Source: Elusimicrobiota bacterium (GTDB lineage Bacteria; Elusimicrobiota; Elusimicrobia; UBA1565; UBA9628). Taken from it: 64,000 bases of DNA. The DNA is taken from the NCBI GenBank assembly GCA_035533295.1, contig DATLUA010000040.1, positions 559 to 64,558 of the forward strand, written 5' to 3'. The notes beneath the pieces were generated by a model. The model had not been told where the DNA came from, searched no databases, and saw nothing but the letters and a program-made list of their open reading frames with translations. The translations under genes were made by a program, and so were the position numbers. Below are positions 54,863-62,670 of this stretch, piece after piece (the stretch's first letter is position 1; every line of letters begins with the position of its first letter).

Positions 54863-54952
54863 GGAAAGGTGCGTGAGCGGTTGAAACGGCACGCCTGGAA
54901 AGCGTGTAGGGTGTAACAGCCCTCGGGGGTTCGAATCCCCCCCTTTCCGCGG
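54863..54952 (+). other. tRNA-like structured element (T-arm GGGGG-TTCGAAT-CCCCC plus acceptor-like helix GGAAAGG/CCTTTCC); not a canonical tRNA
   Basis: It has a perfect T-loop consensus and a 7-bp acceptor-like pairing, and U8-like and A14/G18G19-like residues. However, the D-loop would be 14 nt and no 5-bp/7-nt anticodon arm fits. The CTGGAAAG sequence is duplicated at 54861 and 54895. Confidence 0.35.
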
Positions 54953-54961
54953 TTCTCGACC

Positions 54962-56398
54962 TTGAGCCTCCCCAATAAACTCCGTTCTTTCCCCGCTTGG
55001 CCCTTGCTCTCGGCGGCCAGTTTGGCCGTCCTGGCCAGCGCTCCGGCGCAATATCTCGGCCGCCAGCAAGACGACTTGATTTATTTCATCGCGGCCCGCG
55101 CCTTGACCCTGGGCCACTATTACCTCCTAACCTGCCCCTTGCGCCTGCCGTTGACCATGGCCAACCCGGGATTTCCGGCGCTGCTGGCCCCATTGATCCT
55201 TATTTTCGGCGAGAACGCCGGAATCTGCCAGTGTTTCTGCGCCTTGCTCCTCGCGGCCGTCCCTTGGGTCTTGTGGCTTTGGCTTCGAAAGCGGCGAGGC
55301 GACTGGACCGCCCTTCTCATCGCCTTGCTTTTCGGCTTAAACCCTATCGTTTTGTCGCAGGCCGGAACGCTGATGAGCGAAGCTCCCTTTCTTCTTTTTA
55401 CCATCCTTCTTCTTATTTCTTTGGATAAACCAGAATCCGGAACGCGTTCCGGATTCCTGCTTTTCGCCGTCACCCAAATACGCTCCTCCGGACTGGCGTT
55501 TTTCCCAGGAGCCCTCGCCGAGTCTTTTCGCGCGAAAAATTGGAGAAAGTCTCTTTGGATCGCCGCGCCGGCCCTGGCCGGCTTTTTCTTGTGGTCTCTA
55601 TGGTCTTGGCGCGCGGCGGGCGCCCTGCAAAAAACGCAGGAGCTCTCCCTTTCCTACGGCGGACGATTTTGGAGCCTCTGGCCAGGAGTCGCCTGGGAAA
55701 ACGCCCGTTATTACCTAAGCGCTTGGGGTTCTTCGTACCTGCCGCGAATGTGGGCGAAACCGGCAGGAACCCTTTTGGGAGCGGGTCTCTGCATTTTAGC
55801 TTCCTTTGGCGCGGCCCGCACCTTGCGTCGGCGCCCGACCGACGCGGCCGTTTGGATTTTAGCGGGCTTTATCGCTCTCCATCTCATCTGGCCTTGGCGC
55901 TATGATCGTTATCTGCTCGTGCCCCTGCCCTTTCTTCTGGACTCCGCGGCGGCGGCGCTCAAACGCCGCTGGGCGGCGCCTCTCCTGCTTGCGCTTCTGG
56001 CGGGCCAAGCCGCTTTTCAATCGCCGCGCTGGATCGAAGGCACCTCCTGGTCCGAAGTCGAGTTGGCGCAAACGTACGGCTGGCTGCGCGCGCACAGCCG
56101 TCCGCAAGACGTCGTCGCAAGCGCGCTCTATGTCCGAGACGGTTTCTATGCGCGCCGCCCGAGTCTGCCTCTCCCCGGACGGGTCTCCGCCGCCGAGCTG
56201 GCCGGAGATATGAAAAAATACCGCATCCGGTTCATCCTTTGGCAGGACGGACTCGACCTTGGATTGACAATGGGTCAAACAGCCGCCGTCCGGGAAACTC
56301 TCGGAGGCATCCGGCGAGATTTAAATGACAGAACGATGTTTCGCGTGATCTACAGCAATCCAGTCGAGCATAGCCGCATCTATGTTCTTCGATCATGA
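54962..56398 (+). CDS. Polytopic membrane glycosyltransferase-like protein (GT-C fold, ArnT/PMT-like)
   Basis: TTG start per the ORF track. More than 10 TM helices. An early extracytoplasmic loop has the acidic DD motif (RQQDDLIYFIAARAL), as in GT-C enzymes. 4-nt overlap with the next gene. Confidence 0.45.
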   Translation: MSLPNKLRSFPAWPLLSAASLAVLASAPAQYLGRQQDDLIYFIAARALTLGHYYLLTCPLRLPLTMANPGFPALLAPLILIFGENAGICQCFCALLLAAVPWVLWLWLRKRRGDWTALLIALLFGLNPIVLSQAGTLMSEAPFLLFTILLLISLDKPESGTRSGFLLFAVTQIRSSGLAFFPGALAESFRAKNWRKSLWIAAPALAGFFLWSLWSWRAAGALQKTQELSLSYGGRFWSLWPGVAWENARYYLSAWGSSYLPRMWAKPAGTLLGAGLCILASFGAARTLRRRPTDAAVWILAGFIALHLIWPWRYDRYLLVPLPFLLDSAAAALKRRWAAPLLLALLAGQAAFQSPRWIEGTSWSEVELAQTYGWLRAHSRPQDVVASALYVRDGFYARRPSLPLPGRVSAAELAGDMKKYRIRFILWQDGLDLGLTMGQTAAVRETLGGIRRDLNDRTMFRVIYSNPVEHSRIYVLRS

Positions 56399-58149
56399 CC
56401 GCGTTATTTGAGCGGTCCCAACTGCGCGCGCTGGCCATTCTGGCCTTGGCCGTCTTCGCGGCTTACGGCTCCTCGCTAAAAAGCAATGCTTTCGTCTATG
56501 ATGACCGGTACCTCATCGCGGACAACCCCTTCCTGCACGAGGGATCGGCGGGAATTGCCCATCTTTTGTCCACGGGCTACTGGCAGGCAATCGACGGCGA
56601 CGACGCCAAAGTGCAGGAATACCGGCCGGTATTGATGTTGAGTTTTCTGGCTCAGACTTTTATCACCGGATTTTCCGCCCGGGCCATGCGCCTGGGAAAC
56701 ATCCTGCTCCATCTTTTAGTCTGCCTGCTTCTCTGGGAAATTCTAAGGCGAAAAATGGGGCCCGACGCGGCCCTGGCCGGCGCGCTTGTCTATGCCGTCA
56801 TGCCCATTCACGCCGAGGCCGTCGGGCTCCTGGTGGGACGCTCGGAAGTGCTTTCCGCGGTTTTTCTTCTCTCGGCCTGGCTTGCCTTGGAAGAGGAGGC
56901 CGAACGAGGCCTGGCCTTGGGGCTTGCGCTCTACGCCGCCGCCGTTCTGACCAAAGAATCCTCCGTCATGTTCCCGCTCTTCATGGTCGCCAACGATTGG
57001 GTTTTCTTCCATCGAAAGCCATGGGAGAAAGGAAGCCGGGCCAGTCAAAGCGGTCTCTGGCTCATGACGGCCATGGCCCTGACGCCGCGGATGATGGTCC
57101 TTCCCGCCCCATTCCACGGCGGCACGCCTTATTTTCAGGATGGACGGCTGATCGCGGCGCTGACTTTCGCACGGTTCAGCCTCACGCATTATCTTTGGCC
57201 CAGTCTGACAGGGACGGGCCTGTGCACGGATTATTCGCGCCCACTCATTCCCGATTCAAGCCCCGCATCTATTGTCGCTTGGCCTATCCTGCTTTCAGTC
57301 GCCGCTCTTTTCGCCGCCGCGGCATGGGGAATCGTTAAAAAAAGAAGCTCTTTAGGTTTCTGGCTTCTGGCGCCCTGCCTTTTTCTTCTGCCGACCTCGA
57401 ATCTTATCCTGCCCCTCGACACCCTGGGAGCCGAGCGATTTCTATACTGGCCCACCATCGGTCTCGCCGCGGGATGGGGCTTCCTTTATTGGAAAACTAA
57501 AAAAATAGCGCCTCGGCTCTCTCATGCCGGGCTTATTTGCCTTTGCGCGGTCTACGCGCTCTTGCTCTCAGAGCGGAATCGCGTATGGGGCTCCCCTCTC
57601 AGCTTTGATCGCGCGGCCGTTGCCTGCAATCCCGTATCCGCTCCAGCCTGGGATGGATTGGGGAGCGATTTAACCTCGGAAGGCCAGTCCGCTCAGGGCG
57701 CCGCCGATTTGGAGCGCGCGTCCTCCCTCAATCCGAATTTAGCCGATCCCTACTACAATATGGCGCGGCTGGAGTTTTCCCGCGGAGAAACGACGAAAGC
57801 CAGGGGCTTGCTGCGCGAGTCGCTGCGCCGCGATCCGCAATCCTCCGATGCCTGGGTTCTCCTGGGATTATGCGATGAAAAGAAGAATCGCGGCGCAAAG
57901 GCGGCGTTGTCGGATTTTGAAACGGGGGCCCGACTCAATCCCGCCGACGCTTTGGCGCAATTCGATGCCGGCCGCCTTTGCCTGATCACCTCGAATTTCG
58001 ACTGCGTCCGCAGCTACTGGAAACGATACCTGCGGCTGGCGCCGGAAAATCCGCAGGCGCCCGCCGTGCGCGCCTGGCTTTACCGATTGAACTCAGGCCC
58101 CCGCCCTCAGCCCGGCCTAGCGCAGGAAAGGAAAGCCCCAGGGCAGTAG
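56395..58149 (+). CDS. TMTC/DUF1736-like membrane protein with C-terminal TPR repeats (putative protein O-glycosyl/mannosyl-transferase)
   Basis: AFVYDDRYLIADNPFL resembles the DUF1736/TMTC hallmark. Nine or more TM helices. The C terminus has TPR repeats (YYNMARLEFSRGETTKARGLLRESLRRDPQSSDAW...). Confidence 0.5.
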   Translation: MTALFERSQLRALAILALAVFAAYGSSLKSNAFVYDDRYLIADNPFLHEGSAGIAHLLSTGYWQAIDGDDAKVQEYRPVLMLSFLAQTFITGFSARAMRLGNILLHLLVCLLLWEILRRKMGPDAALAGALVYAVMPIHAEAVGLLVGRSEVLSAVFLLSAWLALEEEAERGLALGLALYAAAVLTKESSVMFPLFMVANDWVFFHRKPWEKGSRASQSGLWLMTAMALTPRMMVLPAPFHGGTPYFQDGRLIAALTFARFSLTHYLWPSLTGTGLCTDYSRPLIPDSSPASIVAWPILLSVAALFAAAAWGIVKKRSSLGFWLLAPCLFLLPTSNLILPLDTLGAERFLYWPTIGLAAGWGFLYWKTKKIAPRLSHAGLICLCAVYALLLSERNRVWGSPLSFDRAAVACNPVSAPAWDGLGSDLTSEGQSAQGAADLERASSLNPNLADPYYNMARLEFSRGETTKARGLLRESLRRDPQSSDAWVLLGLCDEKKNRGAKAALSDFETGARLNPADALAQFDAGRLCLITSNFDCVRSYWKRYLRLAPENPQAPAVRAWLYRLNSGPRPQPGLAQERKAPGQ

Positions 58150-58893
58150 ATAAAAGAAATTAGCGATCGCGCCCAAAGCGAGAAAGGGGGCGAAGGGAAT
58201 CGGTTCGTCCCGTTTAAGCTTTCTCCGGGCCATCAGCGTCCCGCCGTAGAGAACGCCGGCAAAGGACGCGATCAGGACGCAGTCAAACACGCCCAGGACG
58301 CCGCTCCACGCGCCGATGGCCGCCAAAAGCTTGATGTCGCCCCCGCCCATGGCTTCTTTTTTGAACAGGCGCTCGCCTAAGGCCGCGATGCCCCAGCATA
58401 GGGCGAAGCCGAAGGCCGCCCCGCCGGCGCTTGCGGCGGCCCGCCAGGGCCAGGACTCTTGGGCCAGGAGCGGATTAACGCCGGAAATCCCAATTCCAAG
58501 GGCGCACAAGCCCAGAGAAAGCTCATCGGGGATGAGGAAAGTGTCTCCATCAATAAAAGCAACGGCCGTGAGCCCGGCCGCAGCCAGGCTGGCCGAGAAA
58601 ACCCAGGGGCCGTTTCCCCAGCGCAGCCACAACGACAGGCACAACCCCGCCATCAAAAGCTCGACCGCCGGATAGCGCGCTGAAATTTTTCCGCGGCACG
58701 AGCGGCAGCGGCCGCGCAGAAAAATCCAGCTCAAAATCGGGACATTATCGTAAAAAGAGATGAGGACGCCGCATCCCGGACAATGCGAGCGCGGCCGGAC
58801 CACGGACTCGTCTTTGGGGAGCCGGCAGATGACGACGTTGAGGAAGCTTCCCAGGCAGGCGCCCAGCCAAAAAACCGCCGCGTCAATAAGCAT
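58117..58893 (-). CDS. pilD: Prepilin peptidase / N-methyltransferase PilD (A24 family)
   Basis: Zn-binding CPGCG...CRSCRGKI and the second catalytic Asp context AMGGGDIKLLAAIGAW. Eight TM helices. The ATG overlaps the last 11 nt of pilA1. Confidence 0.85.
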   Translation of the reverse strand: MLIDAAVFWLGACLGSFLNVVICRLPKDESVVRPRSHCPGCGVLISFYDNVPILSWIFLRGRCRSCRGKISARYPAVELLMAGLCLSLWLRWGNGPWVFSASLAAAGLTAVAFIDGDTFLIPDELSLGLCALGIGISGVNPLLAQESWPWRAAASAGGAAFGFALCWGIAALGERLFKKEAMGGGDIKLLAAIGAWSGVLGVFDCVLIASFAGVLYGGTLMARRKLKRDEPIPFAPFLALGAIANFFYLLPWGFPFLR

Positions 58894-59305
58894 TCCAGGA
58901 GTTTCCCGCGCTGTCCGTGTGCGTGCAGTCGACCAGCACCGTCCCGTAGTTTTGATCGCCGGGTCCGTTGTCGAAAAACCAGCCGCCGGAGTCCCCGATG
59001 GAGGAGGCGTCGTTCTCGGCCGACGAATTGTCGTGATAATAAGGGGTTTTCGCCGTGGGCACGAGAGACAGATATTTTCCGTTGGCGGTTAAATCCGCTA
59101 TCCGACGCGGATAATTCCCCTGCGAATCGCCGTAATATACCGTCATCGCCGATCGGATGGACCCCAAATTGCCTTTCGTCGCGCCCTCGTTGGAGCGGCG
59201 CACCAAGTCCGCGAATTTGGGGATGGCGATGGCCGCCAAGAGGGCGATGATGAAAACCACGATCATCAACTCCATGATCGTGAAGCCCGGCTCTTGGCGC
59301 GTCAT
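58883..59305 (-). CDS. pilA: Type IVa major pilin PilA paralog 1
   Basis: MTRQEPG|FTIMELMIVVFIIALLAAIAIPKF is a canonical 7-aa leader. The sequence is ~65-70% identical to paralog 2. Confidence 0.85.
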   Translation of the reverse strand: MTRQEPGFTIMELMIVVFIIALLAAIAIPKFADLVRRSNEGATKGNLGSIRSAMTVYYGDSQGNYPRRIADLTANGKYLSLVPTAKTPYYHDNSSAENDASSIGDSGGWFFDNGPGDQNYGTVLVDCTHTDSAGNSWNAY

Positions 59306-59362
59306 TTATTTTTTATAAAAACAGCAAGGGCTCCCCCCGAACCGCCGGGGAAGCCCCTGCTT
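59306..59362 (-). terminator. Rho-independent terminator/attenuator between pilA2 and pilA1
   Basis: The minus-strand RNA forms stem AGCAGGGGCUUCCCC/GGGGGGAGCCCUUGCU (one mismatch) followed by GUUUUUAUAAAAAAUAA. The pilA1 ATG follows directly, with no obvious Shine-Dalgarno sequence. Confidence 0.55.
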
Positions 59363-59387
59363 TATTGCTTGTTAGGACCGCCTAGAA

Positions 59388-59825
59388 TTAATAGGTGGAC
59401 CAGGTGTTGCCGACCGTGTCGGTGTGCGTGCAGTCCACCAGCACGGTTCCGTAGTTGGTGTCGCCCGAGCCGTTGTCGAAGAACCACTCGCCGGTGTCGG
59501 TCACAGCCGATGCGTCCACCTCGGTCGATGCAGTCGCGTGATACGGCGGCGTCTGAGCGCTCGGAATCGCGGTCAGATACTTGCCGTTCTCCGTCAGCGA
59601 GCTGATCGCCGTCGGATAGACTCCCTGCTGATCGCCGTAGTAGATGCTCATGGCCGACCTGATGGAGCCGAGGTTGCCCTTGGTGGCGCCTTCCTTGGAC
59701 TCCCGGATGAGGTCCGCGAACTTCGGGATGGCGATGGCCGCCAAGATGCCGATGATGGCCACCACGATCATCAACTCGATGAGCGTGAAGCCCGCGGTTC
59801 CGGTTTTTTTCATTTCCTTTGTCAT
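59388..59825 (-). CDS. pilA: Type IVa major pilin PilA paralog 2
   Basis: MTKEMKKTGTAG|FTLIELMIVVAIIGILAAIAIPKF. An AAGGGGG Shine-Dalgarno sequence lies 6 nt upstream. Confidence 0.85.
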   Translation of the reverse strand: MTKEMKKTGTAGFTLIELMIVVAIIGILAAIAIPKFADLIRESKEGATKGNLGSIRSAMSIYYGDQQGVYPTAISSLTENGKYLTAIPSAQTPPYHATASTEVDASAVTDTGEWFFDNGSGDTNYGTVLVDCTHTDTVGNTWSTY

Positions 59826-59913
59826 GCTATACCCCCTTTGCCGCTCTATTTATGGATGAATGATATTTAAGGGAAAAACACTATATCGAGCGGCGTATGG
59901 TATAGCGCAAAGG

Positions 59914-59942
59914 AGTATACCCCAAAACCCCCGGCCTGTCAA
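59914..59942 (-). promoter_or_regulatory. Sigma70-type promoter of pilA2 (TTGACA-17-TATACT)
   Basis: Coding strand: cTTGACAggccgggggttttggggTATACTcctttgcgc, about 90 nt upstream of the pilA2 ATG. Confidence 0.5.
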
Positions 59943-59947
59943 GAAAA

Positions 59948-60022
59948 AGGGCCTAGGTCTTTAGGCCTAGAACACCATAGGACCTTTGGTCCTAATCAAA
60001 TTGGGTCCTTAGACCCCTTGCG
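59948..60022. promoter_or_regulatory. Cluster of short GGNCC-type palindromes upstream of the pilA2 promoter (candidate regulator binding sites)
   Basis: CCTAGG, AGGCCT, TAGGACC-ttt-GGTCCTA and GGGTC-ctta-GACCC all occur within 75 bp, just upstream of the -35. Confidence 0.4.
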
Positions 60023-60066
60023 CAAACCGCCTTTCCCGGCCATACTTAGCGCGGAGAGCGGCGGCA

Positions 60067-60630
60067 ATGAACCTCAAAATCGCGGCGGCAACGGTCTTCA
60101 CCTTGTCCTTAAGCGCTTCCACCGTTTGGTGCGGCGCGCTTGCCGGCCAAGACCTCTCGAATGGATCGCCTTCCGTGGAAGATTTTTTGATGGCTATCGC
60201 AGGCCAAGGCGGCGCCGATCCCTGCGCCGCCGCTAGCGCCGCGAACCCGGGCGGCCAGGGCGGCGAACAAGTCCCCGCCTCGTGCCAAGCGGCGCGAACG
60301 CAGGCCGCGAAGAAAGCCGCCGGAAACCAGGCAACGGCGGGAACAACGGCGGACGACAGTTCCCTGCAAAACGCGGACGCCTTGGGGGACGCCCTCGGAA
60401 GCACCGTTTCCGATTTTTCTCCGACCGAACAGGGCGCGCGCTCCGCCGCCCAGGCCGACTCCAAAGCCCAAGCCAACGCACGAAGAGTCGCGGCCGCCAG
60501 CGCCTTGAAAAAACAAGCCGCCACGATTCCCGCGCCCTCGGGCCACTACGGTCCGGCGGGGCTTAATCAAACTGTTCCAGCGGCATTCAAAGCCGCGGAA
60601 CAGGCCGCGAACGGCCTAAACCAGCAGTAG
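60067..60630 (+). CDS. Secreted low-complexity Ala/Gln/Gly-rich protein, unknown function
   Basis: Signal peptide MNLKIAAATVFTLSLSASTVWCGA. The opposite-strand ORF 60009..60524 is less protein-like. Confidence 0.4.
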   Translation: MNLKIAAATVFTLSLSASTVWCGALAGQDLSNGSPSVEDFLMAIAGQGGADPCAAASAANPGGQGGEQVPASCQAARTQAAKKAAGNQATAGTTADDSSLQNADALGDALGSTVSDFSPTEQGARSAAQADSKAQANARRVAAASALKKQAATIPAPSGHYGPAGLNQTVPAAFKAAEQAANGLNQQ

Positions 60631-60676
60631 TAGCCAGCAGCACCCCGCCGAACCCTCGCCGCGCGCGTGGCCCGCC

Positions 60677-60919
60677 TTAGTAACGACGCGAGGGGCGCTT
60701 GACTCTGATGCGGACGGCGGGGATAAAGCCCACGTCCGTCTGGGTGGTTGGCACCGAGGAATCAAGCTCGGTTTTGGAGCCGCCAAGCCCGGTAAAAACC
60801 GAGAAATCCGGCGGCCAAGAAAGTCTCTTCCGGTTGGCGATGAGCCCGCCCGCCGCGAAAGCCAAGAATAGCAGGGCCACCCACAGCAGCCATTCCCTGC
60901 TCCCGTCCTGCTCCGCCAT
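60677..60919 (-). CDS. Small single-pass membrane protein, unknown
   Basis: 80 aa with one TM (LLWVALLFLAFAAGGLIA). Lies downstream of rpoD. Confidence 0.3.
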   Translation of the reverse strand: MAEQDGSREWLLWVALLFLAFAAGGLIANRKRLSWPPDFSVFTGLGGSKTELDSSVPTTQTDVGFIPAVRIRVKRPSRRY

Positions 60920-60927
60920 AGGGGAGC

Positions 60928-62640
60928 CTAGTCGAGGTAGTCCCGCAGCGGCTTGCTGCGCGACGGGTGCCTGAGCTTGCGAATCGCCTTGGCCTCGATT
61001 TGCCTAACGCGCTCCCGGGTCACGCGGAAAAGACGCCCGACTTCCTCCAGGGTCCGGGGATAGCCCGAATCAAGCCCGAAGCGGAGCTTGACGATTTTCG
61101 CCTCGCGATCGGTCAAGGTCGAAAGCACCTTCTCGACCTCTTTGCGCCGCAAATAGTCGGTCGCCGAATAAGACGGCGCCTGGCCGCCCTTGTCCTCGAT
61201 GAAGTCCTCGAGATAGGAGTCCTCGTCCTCGCCCACCGGCGTGGCCAAGGACACGGGCTCCTGCATGATCTTGAGCACGTTCTTGACCTTGTCCATGGAG
61301 ATGTGAAGCGACCGGCTGTACTCGTCCACCATGGGGTCGCGCCCGTATTCCTGCCGGTACTTGCGCGTGACCTTGGAGAGCTTGGAAATAAGCTCCTTCA
61401 TGTGGACCGGGATGCGGATGGTCCGCGCCTGATCCGCGATGGCGCGGTTGATGGACTGGCGGATCCACCACGTGGCGTAGGTGGAGAACTTGAAGCCCCT
61501 CTTATACTCGAACTTCTCGACCGCTTTCATGAGGCCCAGCCCCCCCTCCTGAATCAGGTCGGAGAGCTCCAAGTTCGAGTTGACGTGCTTCTTGGCGATG
61601 GAGACGACCAGCCTCAGGTTGGCCTTGATAAGCTTGAGCTTGTCGCCCAGAATCGTCTCCTCCAAAGCCACGATCTTGTCGTCGAGCTCCAGAAAACGGT
61701 CCAAGGCAATGGGCAGGTTGTTCTGGAAATGCTCCAGCCGCTCCGCGATGCCCCGCATGTTCTCCAAGGCCGCTTCCACGGCCGACGGCGCGTAGCCGGT
61801 CTTGGTCCTAAACGCCTCGGATTTCATGCGGCCCTTTTTCACCGCGGCATAATAACGGGCTAATTCCTCGTACGAGGTTCCATAACGGACTTCGTAACGC
61901 TTGAGCTCGTCCCGGCACTGCCGGATTTTGGCCGCGTAATTCTTGATGCGGTTGGTCAGGCGTTTGATCTTTTCCTGGTTCAAGTTGAGGCTGATGATTT
62001 TGGCGATGACCGATTTGTTGATTTTCTCCATCGACTTATTGAGCTTCAAGTGCGCGGCCGGGGAAAGCTTCTGGTTCTTAAGTTTCTCGCGAATCCGCTG
62101 CATCGCTTTTTCGGCCTTGGCGATGAACTGGGCCACGATCTTCATGCGCCGGCGCATGCCGGAAAGCTCGGAAGCGGTCTTGCGGCCGCGCGGCATGAGC
62201 TCCTTGGGCGTCATCTCCTGCTGCTCGATGAGGGTCTCCCAGTTGCGGATTTCCCGCATCGTGATGGGCGATTCCAAAACCAGGAACCGCAGCTCCTTTT
62301 CGCGCTCGCGCACGTTGCGCGCCAGCGTCACCTCTTCCTCGCGGTTCAAGAGGGGCACGCGCCCCATCTCGGAAAGATACATTCGGATGGAGTTGGATAC
62401 GTCGGAGACGGAGCTCCATTCCTCCGAAAAACGCTCGCGTCCGGAAGAGGGCGCCGCGGGCTTCTTTCTATCAACGACCTCGATGCCCAAATCCTCGAGG
62501 GTGGACATGAGATCGTCGACTTCCTCGGATTTCATGTTCGCCATGGATAAGGAACGGCTAATCTGCTCCAAAGTGAGATAGCCGTGCTCCTTCCCTAAAT
62601 CGACTAGATTGCGCATCGCTTGACTTGATGGTATGGCCAT
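60928..62640 (-). CDS. rpoD: RNA polymerase primary sigma factor RpoD
   Basis: Region 2 [27 protein letters not shown]. Region 4 [15 protein letters not shown]...[33 protein letters not shown]. 570 aa. Confidence 0.9.
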   Translation of the reverse strand: MAIPSSQAMRNLVDLGKEHGYLTLEQISRSLSMANMKSEEVDDLMSTLEDLGIEVVDRKKPAAPSSGRERFSEEWSSVSDVSNSIRMYLSEMGRVPLLNREEEVTLARNVREREKELRFLVLESPITMREIRNWETLIEQQEMTPKELMPRGRKTASELSGMRRRMKIVAQFIAKAEKAMQRIREKLKNQKLSPAAHLKLNKSMEKINKSVIAKIISLNLNQEKIKRLTNRIKNYAAKIRQCRDELKRYEVRYGTSYEELARYYAAVKKGRMKSEAFRTKTGYAPSAVEAALENMRGIAERLEHFQNNLPIALDRFLELDDKIVALEETILGDKLKLIKANLRLVVSIAKKHVNSNLELSDLIQEGGLGLMKAVEKFEYKRGFKFSTYATWWIRQSINRAIADQARTIRIPVHMKELISKLSKVTRKYRQEYGRDPMVDEYSRSLHISMDKVKNVLKIMQEPVSLATPVGEDEDSYLEDFIEDKGGQAPSYSATDYLRRKEVEKVLSTLTDREAKIVKLRFGLDSGYPRTLEEVGRLFRVTRERVRQIEAKAIRKLRHPSRSKPLRDYLD

Positions 62641-62670
62641 ATGTGGATGAATCCTTTCCTATCCTAAGCT

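Noticed and set aside
54863-54952. Calling a genuine tRNA gene here
   Set aside because: Only the T-arm and acceptor pairing fit. The D-loop would be 14 nt, there is no 5-bp/7-nt anticodon arm, and there is no encoded CCA. I treat it as a tRNA-like element or remnant.
59826-59905. Sigma54 (-24/-12) promoter upstream of pilA2, as in many PilR-dependent pilA genes
   Set aside because: The best GG...GC candidate (tGGggtatactcctttGCg) has 11-13 nt spacing instead of 10. A near-consensus sigma70 TTGACA-17-TATACT is present instead.
60009-60524. 171-aa minus-strand ORF overlapping 60067..60630
   Set aside because: The plus-strand ORF has a convincing signal peptide and a consistent low-complexity secreted-protein composition. 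The minus ORF lacks features. Confidence in either is low.
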